Source: Octopus sinensis
Taxonomy: Eukaryota
Reading direction: 5' to 3'
Assembly (NCBI RefSeq): GCF_006345805.1
Contig: NC_042998.1
Location: forward strand, 61,938,001 to 62,002,000
Length of the DNA: 64,000 nucleotides
Shown here: one piece after another, positions 11,913 through 25,371 of the stretch
Position numbering within the stretch: the first letter of the stretch is position 1
Layout: every line of letters starts with the position of its first letter
Made by a program: the position numbers and the translations under genes
The notes under the pieces: generated by a model
Seen by the model: the letters and a program-made list of their open reading frames with translations, nothing else
Told to the model about the DNA's origin: nothing
Databases searched by the model: none

Positions 11913-12974
11913 TTAAGTTCAAAATTATACATTTTTTAATGCTTATAAACTTGACTTGCATATAAACATTTCGTACACTGATAGGACAGCAATAACTTTA
12001 CTCTTAGTAAAATGGGGGCTAATATATTTAACATGATGGACCAAGAAATATTAATTAGATATAATTACATCATAGGTGGAAAGAATGAACAAATTCTTGT
12101 CTTGATGATTCACTCTGATCAAAATAAATCTGCAGATAACACCACCACAATTGAAATTTATTAAAATCCAGCAAGTGTTATAGTTTTACATTCATATTTT
12201 ACTCTTGCTGGTATGTTTGGTAGGAGCAATCCCTACCATTTGTGATATATGATGAGTTAAGCATTGCAGCAACATTGAAAGTAAACTGCACACTCTCCCT
12301 CTTACCTACTGGTAGCCAAGCAGAGTTATCTACCTTGATTTGGTGTACAAAGAGTCACGTTCGAACAAATGTCTAAGTTGTCAGCAGCCCAGTACTAAAC
12401 CTCACAGCCATTGTACTCTGTGTATGTGTGTTATGCGTGCGTGTATGTGTGTGCTGTATTTTTTCCAGGTTTAACAAAACAAAAAACAATCTGAACTGGT
12501 ATATAAATACCTTTAAAATTAGTTGTAGATTTCATAAACATACATATATATAATTTATATATCTATGAATATACATATACAATATATATATATATAAATA
12601 TATATATATCTTATAAATATACTTTATATCATGTGTATGTATATATACATGTATATTATACACACACAAGCACATACATACACACATATACTGACATATA
12701 AATACACAAACACACACATAAAATATACACATTAAGATAATTAACTAAAAATATTTAATTGGTAAGACAAAATATTAGAATATTTGTGACAATTAAAATT
12801 ACAGTTAATTTCTTTTGAAACATATTTCTAAAAAAAAAAAAAAAGAAATATTACAATTAATTGAAAAATCATATTTTAAATATTACTATTACAACCAAGA
12901 AAAAAATATTCATTTGATTAATCAATATATATAAAAAAAAAATAGATAGTGATTGAAATTTTCAATGAATACAA

Positions 12975-15030
12975 AATGAATATTGATTTCTAATTTCGGC
13001 ACAAAGCCAGCAGTTTTGAGAGAAAAGGAGGTTAATCAATACTATCAATCCAGTACTTGACTGGTACTTTATTTTATCAACCTTGAAAGGATGAAAGGCA
13101 AAGTTAACCTTGGCAGGATTTGAACTCAGAATGTAAAAAGCCAGAAAAAAAACAAAACAAAAAAAAAACTCGCAAAGCATTTTTTCTGGCAATTTAACAA
13201 TTCAGCCAAAATAATAATAATAATAATAATAATGATAATAATAATATTAATAAGTGGAGCTAAGGTACAAATATACAAGGCCCGATATGCCCATCACAAT
13301 ATGACACCAGATAGGTAGATGCATGTGCCTTGCGTACCCTTATCAGATGTGTATATTGGGATTTGTATATCTGTACCCTAGAGTCACTTTTATAATAACA
13401 ATAATAATATTAACCTTTTCTACAAGTGGCACAAGGCCTGAAATTTCGGGGGGAGGGGACTAGTCAATTACATCAACTTCGGTGTTTCTCTGGTACTTTA
13501 GTTATCAACCCCAAAAAGATGAAAGGCAAAGTTGACCTCAGCAGAATTTGAACTCAGAACGTAAAGCATTTTGCCCAATGTGCTGACGATTCTGCCCGTT
13601 CACCAACTTAATAATAATAATTCTTTCTACTGGAAGCACAAGGCCTCAAATTTGGGGATAGGGATTAAGTCGATTACGACCCCAGTGCATAACTGGTACT
13701 AATTTTATCGACCCACAAAAGGATGGGATATTTAGAAATATCTATGCAGTATGGAAAACAACAATACATCAATTTTCAATATTTTTCTCATTCTGGCAAA
13801 TACAGGAGACAACTCTGGACATATTTTGACCTTATTAGACCTCCTCAGTAAAGCTATGCATAAACTTCCAAATACTTATTCTTTTCTACTCGAGGCACAA
13901 GGCCTGAAATTTTGGGGGAAGGGGCCAGTCAATTAGATCAACCCCAGTATGCAACTGTTACTTAATTTATTGACCCTGAAAAGATGAAAGGCAAAGTCAA
14001 CCTCAGTGGAATTTGAACTCAGAATGTAGAGGCAGACAAAATATTGCTAAGCATTTCACTCGGCATGCTAACAATTCTACTAGCTTGCTACCTTAATAAT
14101 GATAATAATAATTAATTCTTTTATTGGCCACAAGGGCTGAGAAAAATTAATAATAATGATATTAATAATAGTAGTAGTAGTAGTAATAACTTTTTTCTAC
14201 TGTAGGCACAGGGCCTGAAATTTTGGAGGAGAGTGCTAGATAATTATATTAACCCCACTGCTCAATTTGTATTTATTTTATTGACCCTTAGAAAAGGACG
14301 ATAGGCAAAGCTAGCCGTGGCAGGATTTGAAATCAGAACTTGGGGGGGGGGAATGCAGTTAAGCATTTTGTCTAATGCTTTAACGATTCTGCCAGATAAT
14401 TACCAGAATAACTTATAATAATAATAATAATCCTTTCTACCATAAACACAAGGCCTGAAATTAATGGGGAAGGGACTAGTCGATTACACTGACCCCCAAT
14501 ATTTGACTGGAACCAAATTTATTGCACCCCACCAAAGGATGAAAGACAAAGTTGACCTCAGCAGAATTATATAATGGTTTCAAATTTTGGTACAAGGCCA
14601 GCAATTTTGGGGGAGGGAGTAAGTTGATTACAGCGACCTGAGTGCTCAACTGGTACTTTATTTTATCAACCCTGAAAGGATGAAAAGCAAAGTCAACCTT
14701 AGCAGCATTTGAACTCATGGTGTAAAGACAGATGAAATACTGCTAAACATTTGTCCAGTGTGCTAACAATTCGGCTAGCTCACTACCTTAATAATAATAA
14801 TCCTTTCTACTATATAAGCACAAGGCCTGAAAAATTTTTTTGTAGGAGGGGCTAGTCGATTACACCAACCCCAGTGTTTCACTGGTACTTAATTTATCAA
14901 CCCCGAAAGGATGAAAGGCAAAGTCAACCTTGGCAGAATTTGAACCGAGAACATAGCAATGGGTGAAATATTGTTAAGCATTTCATCCAGCATGCTAACG
15001 ACTCTGCCAGCTTGCAGCATTAATAATAAT
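12975..15030 (-). mobile_element. Cluster of about 8 head-to-tail tRNA-derived SINE copies separated by (AAT)n
   Basis: Repeated ggcacaaggcctgaaa...ggatgaaaggcaaagtcaacct...tttgaactcag units. Confidence 0.9.
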
Positions 15031-18000
15031 AATAAATTCATTACGTGTTAATAAATAACATATACCTTAATTTATATAAACTTTAGAAGACACTTATTTC
15101 ACCTGAAGCATTTATGTTGTTTTCTTACTCAAAGGTTGAGGCCGGAAAAAAAATAAGAAAGCTTTCCTTTACTAACAATATACAAAGTTAACGCTTAAAA
15201 TCCAGAATATATTTGAAAACATGACTTTTCATTCATAAATAATTATTATTTATTTTTTCCCAAAGAAAATAATCCTATAGAAGGGAAAACAAGTAGCACA
15301 AGAGACACAACAGAAGTGAGCGCCATGCCCACCCCTAGCAGTATATAATGGAACATGAATATTATATATCTTCTCTTGAGGCATTGCTTAGTTTAAATGA
15401 GTATGAAATCAAAATCAATGGTAAAAATCTATAATATAACTTCATGACATGCTTAAGACACTGCTGATAGCACCCCATTTGAAAAGTAACCAAACCAGCA
15501 AAATGATGATAAATATGATCATTAATTTATATTATCATTTCCAATGCTCTCTTTCTTTAAGTTTTGTTTTTGAGCCTTTTTGAGCATTCACACATAAGAA
15601 TATACACACAATCAAACACTCGCATACAAATTTGAGATTTTTTTCAAAGTCCCATCCCATTTTTTGCTTTCAACTTAAAGTTGTCTTTCTTGAAATGATT
15701 GAAAAAAATATGAATAGTTCTTCAAAAACTTACTGGAATTGGTTAAATCAATTAAATATAGAATTATCCTAGCAGCAAAATGAATATATTTTAATTTCAA
15801 TTTTTTTTTTATTTAAGTGGTTTATTAATATAAACAAATTGTTATATCAGCAAGCTGTAAAATAGCCAAGAATAATTTCATGATGGGGTTTCTAAAATAG
15901 TGTCATGTATAAATATTGTCAAAATTATTCAGGGTCTATTTACATATGAATTTAGATTTATATGTAAAATATTTTGATTGGCTGATTTGTACCCATCTTC
16001 AGACATATGCTAATTTGTTACTTGCACTAGAATGTTGATATTGTCTCATTAGACACAAAGCACACACACACACAAATATATATATATATATATATACATC
16101 ATTTAATATACACAATTTACAAAAGAGCTACTAATAGTTTTATGCCGTAGAGACACACTTTTTTGCATTAACCTTCTTCATGATTTTCTTCTCATTTTTT
16201 CCCCCATGTTTTTTCCATAGACCAGCATCCTGGTTTTTTAAATACATCAAACAATATGCACTGAACCTCAAAGATCCCTTAGAGATACATAGCATGTTAT
16301 ATAAATCAGCCAAATTATTGTATCACAATGGCATGAAACTATTAGCAGCTCTTTTTTAAATTGTGTGTATTAAATGATACTTATCTCTCACAGGATGAAG
16401 CAGTTTTTCTGTTGATCCTACCTACAATGGAACAGTAAATATGTGTGTGTATGTAGTCTCTGTTCCACTTTCAGTCACTCTAACATGTCTCATACAAGTA
16501 CCTTGTTTCTACTTTTCTTGTACTTTTATTTTTTTTTCTTCAAGGAGAAAAGAGAAAACATCTAAAACTTAAGACATTCTCAAACTTCGTTTTTTTTTAT
16601 TCCAGCATGAAACTGATATCGCAACTTTGTATGTTCATTATCTATTTTCTTGTGGTGTACTTTTTAAGATACATTTTTAGATTTTCATCATGTTGACACA
16701 GAATAGTGATCTGCTCATTTGTATTACACTGAATATGTTATATATATAAATTCAATGTAATACAAATGAACATACACACACATGCACGTATGTGTGTAGT
16801 GATGAAAATTAGCTTCAAATTTTGGTACAAGACCAGCAAGTTTTGGGGGAGGGGGTTAGTCAATTCACATCAACCCTAGTACTCGACTGGAACTTAATTT
16901 AACGACTAAAAAAGGATGAAAGGTAAAGTCAACCATGGCAGAGTTTGAACTCAGACCAGAAAGGGTGAACAAAATGCCACTAAGCATTTCACCCAGGGTA
17001 CTGACGATTCTGCCAGTTCACTGCCTTATGTGCAGTGATAATATTAAAGGATGAAAGGTAGTAAAGTTAAGCTGCTGGAGAATTTGAATTTTTTACATTA
17101 AGGAATGGGACCGTATGCATTAACCTTTCTACCAGTTCACACTCCACTCTGTGTTAAAATTGTGATAGAAATAGTATATGGTTATGATAAAAATTTTGCA
17201 ACTTCCATCTCTGCTAGGAATATAAATGAGAGCCACACCCGAAGAAGACTGAAAATACAGCCAACGTAGTTCTGAAAATGAGTAAAAATGGAAATCCTAA
17301 ATTGTTCACATTTTTAATACACAGAAATATAATCACCATGTATTATTAAATATTATTTTAAACAATATTTTTTTTTCAACAAATATATAGTTGAGGCTGT
17401 ATATAAATTATTTGATATTCTTTCATTAATTTATTTATGTTCAGTGGAATCAACTTTTTAAAATTAATAATAAAAGAAACAAATTTAGTCTAAATGTAAT
17501 CTTTTTTTTTTTTACTGTTAATGTAATTAAAAAACAAATTACATCTACAGGCAGCAGCTATCACAAATGCTGCCAGTAATAATGGTGTTAAAAACATTAA
17601 TTAATGACAACATATTTAAATGATTATTTTCAAAACTGTACTAAATATTCAGCTTACAAATATACTAATGCCAAAATATATTTTAAATAAAATTAAATAA
17701 AATAAAACCTCAATCAAAGTAAGGGAATTTTCATTTTAGAACACATTTTCATTTTACAATAATTGGAATGTTTCTTTTCGTGAAAATGTAAAATAAATAC
17801 TTATGTTTGTTATTTGATGCAATTCTAAAGTATAATTAAAGGCTATTACTGTTTGTATTATATATATATTATATATATATGTGTATATATGTATATGTAT
17901 GTACCTATATATACATATATGTATGTTATGTATGTATGTATGTATATATAAATATATATATATTTAAGTATAAATATATATATATGTATGTATATATGAG

Positions 18001-18706
18001 TGTGCATGTGTGCATATAAATATCTATGTATAAATATGTGTGTGTGTGTGTGTACATATAAAGCTAGGCAATTTGTTTCTTATTTGGCTAGTGTTTATTT
18101 GTTTTTCTTATAAATGTCATTGCAAAACTGGCTCTAAATTTGATAGAAAACCATTGATCACTGTTCCAACATTTAACAATAGAAAAAAAAATGAAATGAA
18201 CAAAAATTCATTATACATTTTCTATACAAAATATTCCCACTCGTTTTCATAAATATCTTGGTTTCTTTGTGCATTTTCCTTCCTTCTTCTCTTGTAATTA
18301 GCACTGTTCAGGATGGGGAGATAAATGGCAGTGTATGGAAAATAATCCTGAAAGCGATAACTTTCACTGGAATTAAAATTATTTTCCCTCCCCTGTTCAT
18401 GTATGCTTTTTCTTTTGAATGTTATCAATTAAAATAAATTGCATTTTTTTCAGAATTTTAAACATCCAGCCATTATACTTGCATAATCATCAAGCATTAT
18501 TACCACTTTTATGAGGTAACTTCCCTTCCAAACAAATAATTGTGGCAGTGATGTTTTTGTTAAGAGGAATTCATTCCAGCTTCCTTTTCATCCACAGCTG
18601 GGTTTGTGCAAAGTCCCACAACTCAGTGAAAAATCTGATGAAGCTATGTGAGATCAATTAAGCTAAATATTTGTTAACACAGTCATTACCCTGTCACATA
18701 ATTATA

Positions 18707-18751
18707 TCACTCTCCTTTAGGTTCTTCATCTGTGTCTTCAAGAACGGAATC
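18707..18751 (-). CDS. BCL2L14: BCL2L14-like gene, last coding exon (DSVLEDTDEEPKGE*), no TM anchor
   Basis: Acceptor ttttcttcctacag|GAT, phase 0, completes BH2 as GGW|DSVL. TGA at 18709-18707. Confidence 0.85.
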   Translation of the reverse strand, partial: DSVLEDTDEEPKGE

Positions 18752-20044
18752 CTGTAGGAAGAAAATAAGTAAATAAATAAATAAATAAAAACAGATGCAT
18801 GGTCCAAGAACTAAACTACTAATCCATCCCCTATTGAAGTCAGTTACTGCAGGAAAAAGGTTGGTGCACTTTTTCCTGCAGAAGCCTGGTCTGAAGCCCG
18901 AACAACTGAAGAAAGCCACTAAGGAGATAGGCATAACAATTGAAACCAGCTTGAGGTGGTTGTGGTTGATAAGAAACCACAGGTGGAACCCTCCTGCAAG
19001 TGAAGACTAATTCAGTCCGTGCTGCCACATTCAGGTGAAGCATATAAGCTAAAGGGCAAAACACTTGTGACCCTGAAATCCCTGCTGATTATATGGAAGA
19101 GTTTTCAACATTGCAATAGATTCAAAAGAAGAGCTTGCAACATTTCTGAGTAACTCCCACAGTTTCTGTAGGGGGCAAAGCATATCTGATGTTTATCAAA
19201 TAAATATATCGCTTGGTGAAATAAACATTTCATCAAGCAAGTCAAAATCAAATTATATTACTAAAGATAACATGTACCTCTTGGCATGGTACATGAAATA
19301 ATTCTGTCATATTCAATTTGCCTGATTCACATTTGAGTGGTAGAAAAGGGGAAGAGCAATAAATGTGACTTGCAACAATAATTAACTGAATCAATCATCA
19401 ACATGTGAGAAATACTCATCTATTTTACTGACCCAGGAGGGATGGAAGTCAAAATAATATTCCAGTTTTGAACAATCTATTGTGTTTCATAATTATAAAA
19501 TAGTGACTTTTAACATTGGTATATAGTCATATATTTTAGGACAGTACAAGTCAACTAATTTGACGGGTACATATTTTATTGCTCTTTATGACACAAAAAA
19601 ATCAAAAACAGAAAGCAATATTTTCTCTCAGAATGTAAAAAGGATATTAATATCACCGTACTTGTTAATCTCTGGATATTTACTATCCCAAGTCCCCAAG
19701 GACTCATAGGGTCAGACACCTGGCTTCCATGGTGATAAGTGGCTGGGATCACTACATTACTCATCTACTGTTGAGTGGGCTGGGGCAATGTTGAATGAAG
19801 TGTTTTACTCGAGAACACAACGTACCACCCAGTATGAGAATTGAAACCACGGTCTTGCAACTGTGAGTGCAACACTCTAACCACATGGCTATGTACCATG
19901 GCAATTTGTACTGATTGCAAATTTTGGCAAGAGGCCAGCAATTACAGGGAGGGCAATAGTTGATAACATCGACATCACCGCTCCCAATCTCCTCCTCCAC
20001 CTGTTCCCTCCACATTTTTCCTAGTCTACCTAGCTTTTGCTGTC

Positions 20045-20200
20045 CATTTACCTAAAACTCTAGCACCCTCTTCAGAACATTCTCCTCACCCCTCCTCAAC
20101 ACATGCCCATACCACCACACTCCATTAGCCCTTGTCAGCCATTTCACTGATTCCTCCAACCCCAGCACCCCCATCAAGTCCTCAGTCCTCCCCTTATCAA
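20045..20200 (-). mobile_element. RTE-clade LINE ORF C-terminal fragment
   Basis: LGLEESVKWLTRANGVWWYGHVLRRGEENVLKRVLEF resembles the RTE RxxRLRWxGHVxR motif. Confidence 0.75.
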
Positions 20201-20283
20201 ACATCGTCATGATAAAATGATATTTATGAGGTGAAAATGTCAAATATCTTTAAAATATTCTAACAAAGATTAAACATACGTAC

Positions 20284-20532
20284 CCAACCACCTTTCTCCA
20301 CAATGAATGCTGCACACTTATCCTCAAAGTATCGCAGAGTTAGTTCTTTTATCTGGGAAGCCATTGCACGAAAAGGTCCAACAAGGTTGATAGCTGCCTT
20401 GGAAAGGAAGAAGAGAGCTGCCACCTCTTGTAAGCCACTCTTGTCTTTAGAGTATGCTTCAAAAGTCTCTTTGAAATTCTGATAGGTAAGTTGTTTAAGT
20501 ATGTCTATGACAGCTTCACTTGGGAACTGACT
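20284..20532 (-). CDS. BCL2L14: BCL2L14-like gene, coding exon 5 (Bcl-2 helical core and BH2: LTYQNFKETF...YFEDKCAAFIVEKGGW)
   Basis: Acceptor ttgttttccag|AGT and donor TGG|GTACGT immediately after GGW, the conserved Bcl-2-family BH2 intron position. Confidence 0.9.
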
Positions 20533-20671
20533 CTGGAAAACAATATATTTCACTTTTTATAATTTCTCTTTTTCTTAAAAGTAAATTCTAAATTAAAAAT
20601 AAACAGCATAAAAAGTAAAAAGAATTCAAGTTCTAATAACTAAGCAGTTTAGTATATGTGTGTATATATTC

Positions 20672-21040
20672 TATTTGTTTCAGTCATTTGACTGCGGCCA
20701 TGCTGGAGCACTGCCTTTAGTCAAACAAATCAACCGCAGGACTTATTCTTTATAAGCCTAATACTTATTCTATTGGTCTCTTTTGCCGAACCACTAATTT
20801 ACAGGGACATAGACACACCACCATTGGTTGTCAAGCGATGGTGGGGGACAAATACAGACACACACACACATATATATATGGGCTTCTTACAGTTTCCATC
20901 CACCAAATCCACAGACAAGGCTTTGGTCAGCCCAAGGCTATAGTAGAAGACACTTGCCCAAGGTGCCATGCAGTGGGACTGAACCCGGAACCATGTGGCT
21001 GGTAAGCAAGCTACTTACCACACAGCCACTCCGGCACCTA
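20672..21040 (-). mobile_element. tRNA-derived SINE (intronic)
   Basis: Reverse complement of the 7088-7490 family. Confidence 0.85.
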
Positions 21041-22484
21041 TACAAATATATATAATATCAGTGGAATGACAGTGTATTTCATTATCTTTGCTTCTTTCTT
21101 CAATTTTTTTCTTTTTATAATTTACAGCTGTAACAACTGGTATATCAATGAATAAAATGTAGAATTTATTATGCCTTTATAGCACAACAGACATTTACAT
21201 AGGCATAGACATTTAATGCATTTCAGAGCTGGACATAAAACAATAACTTTTGTAGGTTTTTAGTTTCCACTTTCTCATGCTTACATGGGGCGGAGAGAAT
21301 TTGTTGAAACAGATTTTCTACAGCCGTATGCCCTTCCTGTCACAAACCTTTACCAGTTTTTAAGTCATATATATTTCCCAGACATGTCTACGTAGAAAAT
21401 TGGAAATGAAGGGCACTGTTTGGGTGACAGTGACACTTATTTTACAACTATGACACAATGTCAAAAACACACACACATACATGCGCATGCACACCAGGCT
21501 TCTTTTCAGTTTCTATGAATGAAATTCACTGAAAAAACTTTGCACAGCCCAGAATTATCGTACAAGATAATAGCTCAATGTATAATACAGTGGGACTGAA
21601 CCTGAAACCATGTGGTTGGGAAACAAGCTTCTTAACCACAGAACCATGATACACACACATATACACACAAGTTACACATTCCTTTAATCTCTCCTTTGTC
21701 TCTCATTCATGCCACTATCACCCAGTCTCTATTGCCCATAACATTATCACTATTACCTCTAACACTCATACTCCAACAGCCCATCTCTCTTCTCATTCTC
21801 ATTGTACTATGCTACCAATGTGACTAAGGATAGCAGTGAATCTCTTACGTTCACTACATATTGCATCCAGTATCACGAGGGATTCTGTTGGACTTGTTAG
21901 ATTTTTATCTCCAACTTAAACAACCTCATCAGATTTGTATATATCTCAAACACTACCGATATTTTCTATACCCTGGCCATTTGGTGTCAATATCCATCAT
22001 CCACTCCCACCATGTATCCATCTCTTACAATTCATCACTCTCTCACCCGTCTCCTGGTGTGCTGGTGTCACAATAAAATAGCACCTAGTACACTCAGTTA
22101 AGTATAGGGCTGGAAGGACCCCTTTGTTTTGTCAAAATCACTAAAGCCTTTCTAATGCAGGGGTCACAATAAAATGCATGCACCATACACTCTGCAAAGT
22201 GGGTGCTGTTTGGAAACCAAGCCAAAAGTGAAACTTATAAGCAAGATGCAGTCACCTGATCCATTAAGGAGAGCAACCCATACCAGCATCGAAAGCAGAC
22301 ATAAAACAAGGTTGAAAGATACAGAAAATTGTGCCTGTCTTATATCAAAATATTAGCGACCTACTGAATTTCAATGAATTTTTAGCTTTAAATTAACATT
22401 TTTATAATGAATTATAAATCATTTACTTTTCATATTTAAAATGGTTAATATTTAGATTTTTAATTAGGGTAGAACAGAACTTAC

Positions 22485-22546
22485 AGAGGTTTTTATAGAA
22501 AGAATGTATTCCACAAGTTCTTTCTCTAATTCACTCAGTTCTGGTG
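22485..22546 (-). CDS. BCL2L14: BCL2L14-like gene, coding exon 4 (APELSELEKELVEYILSIKTS)
   Basis: 62-nt exon absent from the ORF track. Acceptor attattttacag|CA and donor TCT|GTAAGT. Its phase 1-to-0 is exactly what is needed to bridge exons 3 and 5. Confidence 0.85.
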
Positions 22547-22664
22547 CTGTAAAATAATTGTAATTTGTATATAATTTCATCCATGTTTATCCTTATCATC
22601 ACTATTATTATTATTATTGCTATTATTATTATTAATATTTTTAATGCTGTCACAATAATAATAA

Positions 22665-23135
22665 TTGTTTCAAATTTTGGCACATGGCTAGCAATTTTTT
22701 AAGGACGGAGTTAGTTGATATCACTGATTCAAGTACTTGGCTGCTACTTTATTTGTTGACTCCAGTGCATAACTGGTATTCATTTCATCGACCCAAAAAG
22801 GATGAGAGGCAAAGTTGGCCTCAGCAGAATTTGAACTCAGAACATAAAGACAGATGTATACCACTAAGCATTTTGCCTGGTGTGCTAATGATTCTGCCAG
22901 TTCACAGCCTTAGTAATAGTAATAATCCTTTCTTCCTTTCAGGTACAAGGTCTGATATTCGGGGGAAGGGGATAGTCGATTACATCAGCCAGAGTACTCA
23001 GCTGGTATTTATTTTACTGATCCCAGGAGGATGAAAGGCAAAATTGCTCTCACCAGAATTTGAACTCAGAACGTAAAGACAGACAAAATGCTGCTAAACA
23101 TTTTTCCCAGAGTGCTAACAATTCTGCCAGCACAC
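22665..23135 (-). mobile_element. Two tandem SINE copies in the intron between exons 3 and 4
   Basis: Same family as the 13-15 kb cluster. Confidence 0.8.
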
Positions 23136-23679
23136 TGCCATCATTAATAATGATGATGATGATGATCATCATAATAATAATAATAATAATAATAATAGCA
23201 ATAACAACAACAGCAATAATAATAAAAACAATAATAATTGTACTTTAATATCTTTACTGTGAATTTTTAGAAAAGAAACTCTTAGAAAGTAGTTAATGAT
23301 CAAATATAGTAACTGAGGTACACATTTAATAAACTTTTAGAAGTTTAAATATTTGAGATGGAAATGCAAGTTGTGCATGCATAGGCATATATTAGAGTTA
23401 AATAAGTTTTTAATTCAAATTTGATGTTAATAAGTTCAATAAAAAAAAATTGTAATCATATTGATTGAGTTTTGTTTTTCACAATATAAATTAACAACGA
23501 ATGTAACATGAAACAGATGTAACATGAAACAGATGCATTAAAATTTGGTGTAATTTACTTTGAATGTAACATAAACAGATTACTAATCATAATCAAATTA
23601 ATTGCTTGTGCCAGAACGTAAGAACTTGAACTGAGAAGAAAGTAGAGATAATAATTACATTGGATTCTAGCACAGGCAC

Positions 23680-23826
23680 CTTCTGAATCAGATGCTGATG
23701 TCTGTGTATCAGCGAGATTCATCAGTTTATCAGCCACTCGTTTAAACATATCAGTTTTTGATTGGTCTTCGCTAGGTTCAGAAGACATAACGCCGCCGAC
23801 AGCACCATCAACTTCATCAAATTCAT
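23680..23826 (-). CDS. BCL2L14: BCL2L14-like gene, coding exon 3 (DEFDEVDG...FKRVADKLMNLADT; caspase-type site and BH3-like motif)
   Basis: Acceptor tttttcttgttataaacag|AT, phase 1. Donor is either GAAG|GTGCCT (23680) or CAAT|GTAATT (23659); both are phase 1. Confidence 0.8.
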
Positions 23827-24086
23827 CTGTTTATAACAAGAAAAATGGGGAAAATACATTTAGTAAAATTTATTGGGTTTTTAACATAAAATACACTAAA
23901 ACAAACACCCCACATCATTCACTATTTACATAATTTGAGCAATATGTATATGTATAGATACAACACAACATGCAGCCTGGTCCAGGAATTGAACTCACAA
24001 CCTCATGATTGTAAGCTCAATGCTCTAACCACTCAGCCATGTGTCTTCACATACATACATACATATACATACATACATATATATAT

Positions 24087-24176
<90 letters not shown>

Positions 24177-24752
24177 TCTATGCCATTTTGTTTTTTATAG
24201 AAAGTCTGAGTATCTCAACCTGTAAAACTCTTCCAAACCACAAACTAGGGCAAGTATTTTTGAGGAGGATGAGCAACTGGCCATACATGCAGGATACCCC
24301 ACTACATGCCAAATAGTGTCCCATAGAAGGTGAGAGTCCTACACCTTGGCACCAGTATCACTGCAAGGTACTTCATCTAAGTCATGCCAGTCCACTGGCG
24401 TGTATGTGTGTGTGAGAGAGAGAGAGATCATACAATTAAAACTAAAACAAGTTTTCACTGAGATACCTAAATATATATCAACAAACCTCAGCAAAATGAT
24501 GTGAAACAATAACCAATTTTACCACAAGCATGTATTGAGTACTTCAATACTTATGCAATATATATCAGGCTGTGGCCATGCTGGGGCACTGCCTTGAAGG
24601 ATTTTAGTTGAATGAATTTACTCCAGTACACATATTTTTAAAGTCTGGTACTTATTTTATCGGTTTCTTTGGCCAAACTGCTAACTTACGAGGATGTAAA
24701 CATACCGACACCAGTTGCCAAGCAGTGCTGAGGAACAAAATATATATATATA

Positions 24753-25305
24753 CAGGGTGACCCAAAAGTAGGTTTACAGTTATTTAACTATCTCTTTCAC
24801 ATTCATATATTAATAGTTTAGATCTTAATTATAAAACAATATGAAACCATTATTCAGCAAGATGGAGCACCGCCACATTATGCGTTGACAGTAAGAGACT
24901 ACATTAACCAAGCCTTTCCACAGTGTTAGTTTGGAAGATGGGGCAAAATCGAATGGCCACCATGTTCATCTGACCTGACACTAATGGATTTCTTTTTTGG
25001 GGTGTTGTAAAGAACAAGGTTTATAAGAAGAATCCCAAAACAGTAAATGAATTAAAAGATTACATTTCTGACGCATTCACTGAAATTGATGGAGATCAGA
25101 ATTTGTGCTGCACTGAGTGTCAGAGTGTTCTGAAGAGGTTTGAAGAATGTTGCAATGAAGGAGGACATTTTGAGCATCTAAGAGATTAAACATTGTCTGT
25201 TTAAGATGTGCAGAAACAATATGATTGTAAGGTAGAAATTTAAATGTAATAAAATGTTTTAAAAGAGATTTAAAGTGCCTACTGTAAACCTACTTTTGAG
25301 CCACC

Positions 25306-25308
<3 letters not shown>
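24753..25308 (+). mobile_element. Internally deleted Tc1/mariner element with both TIRs
   Basis: 28-bp TIRs CAGGGTGACCCAAAAGTAGGTTTACAGT / ACTGTAAACCTACTTTTGAGCCACCCTG with TA flanks. Internal QQDGAPPHY...EWPPCSSDLTLMDFFFWGVVKNKVY...GGHFEHL. Confidence 0.92.

Positions 25309-25371
<63 letters not shown>

Noticed and set aside
17234-17270. Possible further hammerhead remnant (CCGAAGA-AGACUG...CAGCC-AACGU)
   Set aside because: Both core boxes are damaged, so it cannot be distinguished from chance without a family alignment.
18795-19064. Short ORFs in the last intron
   Set aside because: No recognisable motif and not needed for the in-frame gene model.
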